From contig OZ241877.1 of NCBI GenBank assembly GCA_965203095.1, positions 352,001-416,000 of the forward strand: 64,000 nucleotides of DNA, in the 5' to 3' direction. Positions 27,904 through 36,480 of this stretch are shown here, in pieces. Source of the stretch: Bdellovibrionales bacterium. GTDB lineage: Bacteria; Bdellovibrionota; Bdellovibrionia; Bdellovibrionales; UBA1609. The notes beneath the pieces were generated by a model. It made no database searches. It saw only the letters and a program-made list of their open reading frames with translations, and had not been told where the DNA came from. Every line of letters begins with the position of its first letter. The stretch's first letter is position 1. The position numbers and the translations under genes were made by a program.

Positions 27904-30900
27904 GTGAATACGAAAAATTTAAGAGATCAGATTCAAAATTTTAAATTTACTGACCTGTTTGTGACTTTAGGCTGGAATAATCCTAAAAATCCCAATTCTG
28001 ACAGTATTTCATTTAATGATCAAAACCTGCCCTATTCTGTTGTTGCGGAAATAGGCAATGTTCCCGTTCTCAAATTCAATAAAAAGGCATTTGAGCTTAG
28101 CCATTCCTATAAAAAGAAGTTTCATGAAACATTAAAAAATATAGCATATAATCACCTTGTGTTGTTCTCTGATGATAAAACTTTTTTTGAAATATCTTAT
28201 TTCTCAAAAACAAAGCAAGTGAGACCTTATAGCTATTTTAAAGGGCAAAGTGGCGATTATTTTATCAGCAAATTGGCTGGCATTCATTTTGATATAGAAG
28301 ATGAGCCTGACATTACAAGCATAGGCGAAAAGCTGGAAAAGGCTTTCCATTCTGAGGAAGTCACAAAAAAGTTTTATAAAGATTTTAAAGATAATCATTT
28401 CAAATTTTCAAAAGATATTTCAGGGATTAAAAATGAGGAGGAAAAAAAGTGGTATGCCTCCCTTATCCTTAATCGCTTGATGTTTATTTATTTTCTCCAA
28501 AAAAAGCAATTTGTGAATAATGATTTTAATTATCTTGAAAATCAACTTAAAGAAAGTAAAAAGAGAGGGAAAGATAAATTCTATTCAGAGTTTTTAACTC
28601 TGCTCTTTTTTGAAGGTTTTGCTAAAAAACCTAAAGAAAGAAGTCCAAAAGCAAAAAAACTTCTTGGTGAAATCAAATACCTTAATGGAGGCTTGTTTGT
28701 CCCCCATTCTATTGAGGAAAAATATGAAATCAAGAACGAAAGCAGAGTATATAAAACCACAATCAAAATTCAAGACAAAGCCTTTGAGGAAACTTTTGAT
28801 ATTTTCAGCAAATATGATTGGTATCTTGAGGGAAAAAGAGGGAAATCCGACAAAGAAATCAATCCCGATGTAATGGGTTATATTTTTGAAAAATATATCA
28901 ATGAATTGCAACAAAAAAGTTTGGGAGCTTTTTATACAAGGGATGAAATCACACAATATCTTAGCCGAAATAGCATTCAAAAATCCGTTTTAGAAAAAAT
29001 AAACAAAAAAGGATATAATTTTGAAAGTCTATCAGAGTTATTGCATAAACTGAATGCTCCTTTATGCAAACAACTTTTGACTGATAAAGACAGTATCCTG
29101 AACACTTTAACAATTTTGGATCCAGCGGTCGGCTCAGGTGCTTTCCTCACTTCCGCTATGAAGGAGTTGATTAACATTTATAGCCCCATTATCGGCAAAA
29201 TAGAAACTCTTGGAGATAGAGAGCTTAAAAAATGGTTGGAGGATTTTAAAGCCAAGCATAAAAGTCTTCCCTACGGGATAAAAAAGAATATTATCTTAAA
29301 GAATCTTTATGGGGTGGATATTATGAAAGAGGCTGTGGAGGTTTGCAAACTGAGGTTATTTTTGTCCCTGGTAAGTTCTGCATTAAATACGGAAGAGCTG
29401 GAGCCTTTGCCCAACATGGATTTTAACATTATGTGTGGCAACTCCCTTATCGGTTTTTTAAAAGAAGATGAGCCTAAAACCAGTCCTTCCGGTGAAAACG
29501 AAAGCGAGAAGCCAACACAAATGAAATGGTCCCAAGTTTTAGGTGAATCTTACCAGCAAATCAAAAACAAATACAATCAGTTGGTGAGCCAATACAAAAA
29601 CCAGCCCTTATCTTTTGAAAAATTGAAACAACTTAAAAACAAAACCAACCATTTCTTGGAAGAAAACAGCCGAAAGCTAAGTCGTGCCTTGGCAGACAAA
29701 TGCAACCGGACAGGTGTTAAATATCCTGAAGTGATAGACATTCAAGGGAAAAAGAAAAGCACAAAAAAACGAGCTGTCCAGCCAGAAGATTTTTATTCAG
29801 AAGATACAGAAAGAAACCTCAATCCCTTTCATTGGGATTTTGCCTTTAATGAGATTATGGTAAGAGGAGGTTTTGATATAATTATCACCAATCCACCTTG
29901 GGAAAAAGTTAAAATTGAGGACAGGGAGTTCTTTCATAAACACAATAGAACTATTGAAAAAAAGAAAACTAAAAAAGGAGTAGTAAAGAGAAAAAAAGAA
30001 AAAATGTTAAAAGATACCATAATTACAAAAGATTATTTTAAAACAAAAGAATTTTATCTTTTCCAGAGGGAGTATTTTTCAAAATTGTATCAATATCAAG
30101 TGGGAAAAATAACAAAAAGCGATGGAGTAGAAAAACAAGCTTCTGCCGATATGGACACTTACAGGATTTTCACTGAGAGATCTTTTAAGTTGCTCAGCAA
30201 GAACGGTTCTTTAGGAATCGTTCTCCCCAGTGGTTTATGCAAAGATGACGGAGCTATTGGTTTGAGAAAAAACTTACTTTTTAGAAAAACCCGAATAGAA
30301 GGCTTGATTCACTTTCAAAACCAAATGGAAAAAGGCCAAGGAAAAATTTTTGAAGGAGTGGATTCACGATTTACATTCCTACTTTTGAATTTGCAAAAAT
30401 CCGAACCAAAGGATGAATTTCCCTGTCAATTCCAAGAGAGGGGTTTGAATGCCCTAAATGAAAATGGCTTTCCAGAAGTAGTAAAAATGAAGCAATCCAT
30501 AAAAGAAATTAAAGAACTGTCCCCTCGCGATTGCTCCATAATTGAATTTAAAAATCTCAAGGATATGAAGATCCTTAAAAAAGTTAGGCAACATCCAAGC
30601 CTTGGCACAAAATTAAAAAATTTATGGAATCCTATTTTTTATACAGAATTTCATGAAACAAATGATTCTCATTTGTTTAAAGATAAAAAACGGTCTGATA
30701 AGGATTTGCCTCTCTATAAGGGAAGTGCCATTTATCAATATGAGTTTAACCATGATTTATCTCATGTTAACCGTTATGTGAATCAAAAATCCCAAAAAAT
30801 ACAAGAAGGCAAAGGCTTTCCTTTCAAAAACAAGTGTTATCAGAATTATCGATTGGTGCTGAGAACTATAGCAAGCAATACCAATGAGAGAAGTTTGATC

Positions 30901-31416
30901 TCTGCTATTATCCCAAAAAAACATTTTATTTCAAATAATTTTATTGGAGTCTTCATCGAATCCGAAAAGAAAAGCCAAAACAATAAATACATGTTCCTCC
31001 TTCAAGCTTTTTTAAACAGCTTTATTGTGGATTATTTTATCAGGCAAAAAATATCTGCTGTTATCAATCAAAAATACCTTACCCCTTTACATATCCCAAG
31101 GCTCACAGAAAAGGACCCTTATTTTAAAGAGCTTGTCTATCGATCCGCAAAGCTGACTTGTATCGGCAAAAAGTTTGACGATCTGGCCGATGAAGTGGGT
31201 ATCCCAAGGGGTGGCATCAAAGCTCAACAAGAGCGGTGGAAGATTCAAGGCGAAATTGATGCTATTGTGGCTTATGTTTATGGCCTAAATTTAGAGGAAT
31301 TTGAATATATCCTCTCCACTTTTACCACAGGCAAAAATCAGGTCCGGTTGAAGGCTCTCAAAAACTATGCCCGCCAAGCCTTCAAAAAAAACAAATTCCT
31401 GGGCAAAGCCTCTTAA
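27904..31416 (+). CDS. Eco57I-like (type IIG-related) N6-adenine methyltransferase with C-terminal target-recognition domain
   Basis: YLNGGLF, GAFYT, LDPAVGSGAF and TNPPW motifs; GTG 27904 preferred over TTG 27886, which lies inside the putative promoter. Confidence 0.9.
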   Translation: MNTKNLRDQIQNFKFTDLFVTLGWNNPKNPNSDSISFNDQNLPYSVVAEIGNVPVLKFNKKAFELSHSYKKKFHETLKNIAYNHLVLFSDDKTFFEISYFSKTKQVRPYSYFKGQSGDYFISKLAGIHFDIEDEPDITSIGEKLEKAFHSEEVTKKFYKDFKDNHFKFSKDISGIKNEEEKKWYASLILNRLMFIYFLQKKQFVNNDFNYLENQLKESKKRGKDKFYSEFLTLLFFEGFAKKPKERSPKAKKLLGEIKYLNGGLFVPHSIEEKYEIKNESRVYKTTIKIQDKAFEETFDIFSKYDWYLEGKRGKSDKEINPDVMGYIFEKYINELQQKSLGAFYTRDEITQYLSRNSIQKSVLEKINKKGYNFESLSELLHKLNAPLCKQLLTDKDSILNTLTILDPAVGSGAFLTSAMKELINIYSPIIGKIETLGDRELKKWLEDFKAKHKSLPYGIKKNIILKNLYGVDIMKEAVEVCKLRLFLSLVSSALNTEELEPLPNMDFNIMCGNSLIGFLKEDEPKTSPSGENESEKPTQMKWSQVLGESYQQIKNKYNQLVSQYKNQPLSFEKLKQLKNKTNHFLEENSRKLSRALADKCNRTGVKYPEVIDIQGKKKSTKKRAVQPEDFYSEDTERNLNPFHWDFAFNEIMVRGGFDIIITNPPWEKVKIEDREFFHKHNRTIEKKKTKKGVVKRKKEKMLKDTIITKDYFKTKEFYLFQREYFSKLYQYQVGKITKSDGVEKQASADMDTYRIFTERSFKLLSKNGSLGIVLPSGLCKDDGAIGLRKNLLFRKTRIEGLIHFQNQMEKGQGKIFEGVDSRFTFLLLNLQKSEPKDEFPCQFQERGLNALNENGFPEVVKMKQSIKEIKELSPRDCSIIEFKNLKDMKILKKVRQHPSLGTKLKNLWNPIFYTEFHETNDSHLFKDKKRSDKDLPLYKGSAIYQYEFNHDLSHVNRYVNQKSQKIQEGKGFPFKNKCYQNYRLVLRTIASNTNERSLISAIIPKKHFISNNFIGVFIESEKKSQNNKYMFLLQAFLNSFIVDYFIRQKISAVINQKYLTPLHIPRLTEKDPYFKELVYRSAKLTCIGKKFDDLADEVGIPRGGIKAQQERWKIQGEIDAIVAYVYGLNLEEFEYILSTFTTGKNQVRLKALKNYARQAFKKNKFLGKAS

Positions 31417-31418
31417 GG

Positions 31419-31630
31419 AAAACCGCCACACAGAGGCTGTTTGAGTAGCCGGTGATCCTAAAAAACAGCCAGAAAGGCTTTTTTTTGCCTTCAAAGCTTG
31501 ATTTTGCTTGCCTCCTATTAGATAAATAGATAAACTAAAATCAGTCCAAAACAGAGTTCATTTGGCTGGGTGAATAGCCCGTTTCAAGCCTTTTGGCCTG
31601 ATTTTATTAAAAAACAAATAAGGAGGCTCT
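31419..31630 (+). promoter_or_regulatory. Repeat module B, copy 3
   Basis: Homologous to 23116 and 26210; hairpin 31537-31605; AAGGAGG RBS; -10 region more diverged. Confidence 0.75.
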
Positions 31631-31870
31631 ATGAAAAAACGCACAGCACCAAAAAGTAGAGCAAAAAGACACGCTGAGTTAAAAAAACAGATTGTTCAGC
31701 GACATCCGGGAATTAAAGAAGTGATGGAGGTTTATAATCAATGGAAACAGGCCAATAAAGCAGTGCAAGCTCACCAAGCCATAAAAAACGCTGGTTATGT
31801 ATCCTACACTTCAAACTCATCAAACCCGAAACCACTTAACAAAACCGAAAAGGAGAAATGTTATGTCTGA
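31631..31870 (+). CDS. Small hypothetical protein (79 aa)
   Basis: Strong RBS; HPGIKEVMEVYNQW; overlaps the next start. Confidence 0.7.
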   Translation: MKKRTAPKSRAKRHAELKKQIVQRHPGIKEVMEVYNQWKQANKAVQAHQAIKNAGYVSYTSNSSNPKPLNKTEKEKCYV

Positions 31871-32084
31871 TCATAAAAATAGAGAAGAATCAATGAAAGG
31901 CAATCACACAAAAAAGGAAAGCCAAAAACCCAGTTTTTGGGATTGGTTAGTTCATGGAAAAGGATCTGTTTCAGAACCTTGGCCAACAGCTAAAGAAGTT
32001 TTACAGGATGAGTCTGTTCGAGACGACATACAAAAAGTCAAAGAGGCTTTTGATACATATCAAACTAAAAATAAAAACAGTTAA
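31863..32084 (+). CDS. EPWPT-family small protein (73 aa)
   Basis: AAGGAG RBS; FWDWLVHGKGSVSEPWPTAKEVLQD. Confidence 0.8.
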   Translation: MSDHKNREESMKGNHTKKESQKPSFWDWLVHGKGSVSEPWPTAKEVLQDESVRDDIQKVKEAFDTYQTKNKNS

Positions 32085-32098
32085 AATAAGGCTTTATA

Positions 32099-32908
32099 AT
32101 GCTGGAACTGCATAAATTGCTCTGGGTTATTCCCGGTGTTATTTTCATTCATATTTACAATAAAAGAAGACCTATTGACAGCATCAATTTGTCAGGTTGG
32201 TCTTATCTTTTTTCTTTAGTGATTATAGCGGTTTTTATATGGTTGCCTGTTGAGATTTTTTTTCAGAATAAATTAGATGTTTTTGGAAAATGGGGAGGAT
32301 TGGTCTTGCCTACTGTTTCAGGACTTTTGTCCTTTTGCATCGCTTTGGCGTTTACTTCAAGTGCAATTATAAAATGGCCCAGTTGGTCTTATTTTTTTGC
32401 TTCTCTGGCCATAGCGACAATAATATGGCTATCTGTTGAGATTATTCTCCTTGATGGTTTGAATTTTTTTGACAAGCAACGGGTAACGCGGACTTGGATA
32501 CCGGTTGCTTTTGGATTCATCCTTTTTCTTTTACCCTCATTGCTTATTAAACTTTCAAATATTATGTTTTTTAATGTGCAAGATTCTTTTCTTTCGGATT
32601 GTATCCAGTGGGAAAATTTGCCTGTTATATTAAGCCTTCGGAATGATAAAGTTTATATAGGCATTTTATTAAAATACCCTGAAAACCCAAGAGCAAGAAG
32701 TGAATCCCAAACAATTTCCATTATACCTTTAATAAGCGGAGGAAGAAATAGAAACACAAAAGAGGTAAAATGGGGAATTTTTTATCCAAGGGATGATTCG
32801 CAAGATTATGAAATTTCAATTCCCAGGAGTGAAATAATCACCTTTGGAAAATTCAATGAGAAAATTTTTAAACATTTTAACAGCAACATTTCCGGAAAAT
32901 CCATTTAA
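32099..32908 (+). CDS. Multi-pass membrane protein with a soluble C-terminal domain
   Basis: About 5 hydrophobic helices, then LSLRNDKVYIG...ISIIPLISG.R...IPRSEIIT. Confidence 0.75.
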   Translation: MLELHKLLWVIPGVIFIHIYNKRRPIDSINLSGWSYLFSLVIIAVFIWLPVEIFFQNKLDVFGKWGGLVLPTVSGLLSFCIALAFTSSAIIKWPSWSYFFASLAIATIIWLSVEIILLDGLNFFDKQRVTRTWIPVAFGFILFLLPSLLIKLSNIMFFNVQDSFLSDCIQWENLPVILSLRNDKVYIGILLKYPENPRARSESQTISIIPLISGGRNRNTKEVKWGIFYPRDDSQDYEISIPRSEIITFGKFNEKIFKHFNSNISGKSI

Positions 32909-32932
32909 GCCGAGAACAAGAGATAAAAACTC

Positions 32933-35900
32933 ATGCCAAAAATTTACGATAATAGGGAGATTTCTTTTTTATCTGGTTTGAGATCGGCACTGGATCGATC
33001 TTATAGGTCGGACATTTCCACAGCTTATTTTAACTTGCGAGGCTGGAAAAAGATAGCCGACTGTATTGATAAATACAAAGGCAAGGGGGATAGCCAATGT
33101 CGCTTGCTTTTAGGGATGTTTGCCCCGGATTATCATTTAAAACAAGAGCTATTGCAAAACGAAAATGACTGGAAGATTGACAATAAAAAAGCAAAAAAAT
33201 TGAGAGCAGAAACTCTTAAAAAATTTAGAAAACAACTAATGACAGGCCCGCCTTCTAATGAGGATGAACGAGGCTTGAGGAATTTGGCCCGTCAGTTGAA
33301 AGAACAAAAAATCAAAGTCAAATGCTTTACCCGTCACCCCTTGCATGCCAAGCTTTATTTGACTTTCAATAAAAAAGAGTTTGCCGGAAAAATAGGTTTT
33401 GTAGGAAGTAGCAACCTGACTTATGCGGGGTTGGAAAAAAACGGTGAGCTGAATATAGATGTTTTGGATCAAAAATCCTGTGCAGATTTGAGCCAGTGGT
33501 TTGAGGACAAATGGAAAGATCCATTTAGCTTAGATATATCAGAACAAATCATTCATCTTATTGAAGAAAGCTGGGCTGGGAAAGAGCTATTGCCTCCCTA
33601 CCATATTTATATGAAAATGGCCTATCACCTCTCAGAAGACGCCAGAAAGGGGCTGACGGATTTTTTTATTCCGAAAGATTTAAAAAATATTCTTTTTGAT
33701 TTTCAATCTGCCGCGGTGAGAATTTCTGCCCGCTATCTCTATTATAAAAATGGGGTTTTGATTGGGGATGTAGTAGGGCTGGGGAAAACCCTTATGGCCA
33801 TAGCCACCGCTAAAATTTTAGAAGAAGAGAGAGGCTTTCAAACTCTTATTTTATGCCCTAAAAATCTACAGGAAATGTGGGAGGATCAAAAACAGAAATA
33901 CTACCTTCGGGGAACAGTCATCCCCATAAGCCAAGCCCAGCAAAAACTTCCGTCCTTGAGAAGGCATCATATTGTGATCATAGATGAAAGCCATAACTTA
34001 AGAAATCCACTGGGGAAAAGATATCAGATCATCAAAGATTATATTGAACAAAATGACAGCAAGTGCATTCTGCTTTCTGCCACCCCCTATAATAAAACTT
34101 ATAAGGATCTGTCCAGCCAGTTAGGGCTGTTTATTGATCCCGATTTGGATTTGGGCATTCGCCCTGATAGGTTTCTGGCAGAAAACGAGGAAAAGTTTGA
34201 AGGCTCTGTTTCCACCTTAAAAGCTTTTGAAAAATCCTCTTATGCTGAAGATTGGCAACAGCTTATGGCTCAATTTTTAGTAAGAAGAACAAGAAGTTTT
34301 ATTAAAGAAAACTATGGAAAAAGAAATGAAAATGGCAGGTATTATTTGGAGGATTCTAATAGGAAAAAAAAGTTTTTTCCAGAAAGAATTGCTAAAACCA
34401 TCTCTTATCCATTAGATGAACAATATAAAATGCTTTTTTCAGAAGAGGTTGTGGATATGATAAACCATTTGAAACTTGCAAGATATGACCTCATCCAATA
34501 CAAAAAAGAAGGTTTACAAAATATTACAAATAAAGAAAAAGAAATTTTTAGAGACCTCCAACAATCTCGTGGCTATCCTAAAGGTTTTTGTCGCATTAAC
34601 TTATTCAAGAGGCTGGAAAGTAGTGGTTTTTCTTTTTTGCGATCCGTTCAAAGACATATTTTAAGAAACTGCATTTTTATTTATGCTATTGAGACGAAGC
34701 AAGACCTTATGATTGGTGAAAAAGGGGGAGAAGTAATTGCCTCCGCTTTTGAAGATAAAGAAAGTGGGATTACCGGGTTTCAAGCAGAAAATGAGGAAGA
34801 GACAAACTGGTTTTCGACAGATTTTGATTCTTTTTACAAACAAGCAAAAAAAACTTATGAAAAATATAAGCAAAAAAACAGCCGGAGCCTTCGTTGGATT
34901 TCTTCTTCTTACTGGACAGATCAACTAAAAGAGGATTTGAAGAAAGACACAGATCAATTTATCTCTCTTCTTAAAAAATCAAAAAACTGGGATCCAGAAA
35001 AAGACTTAAAATTAAAAAAACTGGAAGATTTATTGAAAGAGAAAAAAAAGCAAAAAGTTTTGATTTTTACACAGTCAAGAGAGACTGCTGTTTATTTAAA
35101 AGATCAGTTGGAAAATCGCGGAGTCCAAAAATTGGGCCTCATCACTGGAGGGATGGAAGGTATCCAAAGCATTATAAAAAAATTCAGCCCTCAAAGCAAT
35201 GAGTTTGACATAAAACAATCAGGCCAAACTGAGATAGATATTTTAATAACAACAGATGTTTTAAGTGAGGGGCAAAATCTTCAGGATTGTCATATTGTTG
35301 TAAATTACGATCTTCCTTGGGCTATTATTAAGCTTATCCAAAGGATAGGTAGGGTGGATCGGATTGGGCAGGAGGCGAGTAAAATTTTTTGCTGGTCTTT
35401 TATGCCAGATAAAGAGTTGGATCGCTTAATAAATTTGCGAGGTCGCATCCAGCAAAGGTTGAAAGAGAACGCAGAAGTCATAGGAACAGATGAACGATTT
35501 TTTGAAAATGAACAAAAAATTCTTTTAGATTTATATAATGAAAGGTCGGAAACTTTAGAGAAGGAAATATCAGAAGATATTGATCTATCCTCTTTTGCCT
35601 TAGAAATATGGAATAAGGGGATAAAACAAGATCCCTCTTTAGAAGGAAAAATAAAAAATATGCCGGATGTAGTTCACTCCTCAAAAGAGATTAAAAATAA
35701 GGCCGGAGGAATTTTGCTTTTTGCAAAATCACATATAAATAATTATTTACTTTATCTTAATGAAAAAGGAGAAAACTTTGCAAAAGATCAAATGAGCATT
35801 TTAAAACTGGCAAAATGTTCTCCAGAAGAACCTCCTTTAAAAAGGACAGAACCACATTATAAAATTGTTAAGTCCGGCTTAAACCTTATTCAAAAAAGCC

Positions 35901-36226
35901 TTAGTCAAATCAGTTTGGCCAATCGTTTAGGGACCAGCCGGAACCCCAGAAGAAAACTTTTTGAAAGATTAAATGATTTGCCTGATAAAACCGAAAAGGA
36001 CAAACAAATTTTAGATGATATTCATAACTATCCTTTGTCCCATTCCGCTGAGCAAACTTTTAAAAGAATGTTCCAAAGAAAAATCCCCAATAAAGAAATA
36101 TTTGAGCTGGTTCGGGAAAAACATAACAGCGAAACTCTTTTAAACAAAAAAGAGACTAAAAGTATGGATGAAAAACCTCGTATTATATGTTCTATGGGAC
36201 TTGTGAAAAAACATGAGATAATTTAA
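32933..36226 (+). CDS. PLD-nuclease / SNF2-like helicase fusion
   Basis: HAKLY...GSSNLT (PLD); GDVVGLGKT, DESH, SAT, SEGQNLQ and QRIGRVDR (superfamily 2). Confidence 0.92.
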   Translation: MPKIYDNREISFLSGLRSALDRSYRSDISTAYFNLRGWKKIADCIDKYKGKGDSQCRLLLGMFAPDYHLKQELLQNENDWKIDNKKAKKLRAETLKKFRKQLMTGPPSNEDERGLRNLARQLKEQKIKVKCFTRHPLHAKLYLTFNKKEFAGKIGFVGSSNLTYAGLEKNGELNIDVLDQKSCADLSQWFEDKWKDPFSLDISEQIIHLIEESWAGKELLPPYHIYMKMAYHLSEDARKGLTDFFIPKDLKNILFDFQSAAVRISARYLYYKNGVLIGDVVGLGKTLMAIATAKILEEERGFQTLILCPKNLQEMWEDQKQKYYLRGTVIPISQAQQKLPSLRRHHIVIIDESHNLRNPLGKRYQIIKDYIEQNDSKCILLSATPYNKTYKDLSSQLGLFIDPDLDLGIRPDRFLAENEEKFEGSVSTLKAFEKSSYAEDWQQLMAQFLVRRTRSFIKENYGKRNENGRYYLEDSNRKKKFFPERIAKTISYPLDEQYKMLFSEEVVDMINHLKLARYDLIQYKKEGLQNITNKEKEIFRDLQQSRGYPKGFCRINLFKRLESSGFSFLRSVQRHILRNCIFIYAIETKQDLMIGEKGGEVIASAFEDKESGITGFQAENEEETNWFSTDFDSFYKQAKKTYEKYKQKNSRSLRWISSSYWTDQLKEDLKKDTDQFISLLKKSKNWDPEKDLKLKKLEDLLKEKKKQKVLIFTQSRETAVYLKDQLENRGVQKLGLITGGMEGIQSIIKKFSPQSNEFDIKQSGQTEIDILITTDVLSEGQNLQDCHIVVNYDLPWAIIKLIQRIGRVDRIGQEASKIFCWSFMPDKELDRLINLRGRIQQRLKENAEVIGTDERFFENEQKILLDLYNERSETLEKEISEDIDLSSFALEIWNKGIKQDPSLEGKIKNMPDVVHSSKEIKNKAGGILLFAKSHINNYLLYLNEKGENFAKDQMSILKLAKCSPEEPPLKRTEPHYKIVKSGLNLIQKSLSQISLANRLGTSRNPRRKLFERLNDLPDKTEKDKQILDDIHNYPLSHSAEQTFKRMFQRKIPNKEIFELVREKHNSETLLNKKETKSMDEKPRIICSMGLVKKHEII

Positions 36227-36240
36227 GATATGGTGGATAT

Positions 36241-36480
36241 ATGGCGGATAAAAATAATAAATATGAACAAAATGTCCCTGGGCCTTATTATGTGGACAAA
36301 GAGTGCATTAACTGTGATGCCTGCCTCTTAGTTGCGGAACAACATTTTAAAATTAACGAGGAGGAAGGCTATGCTTATGTTTGCAAACAACCTCAAACGG
36401 AAGAAGAGCACTCTCTTTGTCAAGAGGCCATAGAGGCATGCCCTGTATCAGCTATTGGAGATGATGGGGGAGAGCCTTAA
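36241..36480 (+). CDS. Ferredoxin
   Basis: CINCDAC...CPVSAI. Confidence 0.9.
   Translation: MADKNNKYEQNVPGPYYVDKECINCDACLLVAEQHFKINEEEGYAYVCKQPQTEEEHSLCQEAIEACPVSAIGDDGGEP

Noticed and set aside
22140..36226. Classical integron
   Set aside because: No tyrosine recombinase in the window, and the repeats lack RYYYAAC...GTTRRRY attC ends.
27904..36226. Complete DISARM or BREX system
   Set aside because: No drmA/drmB, pglZ or brxC genes are visible.
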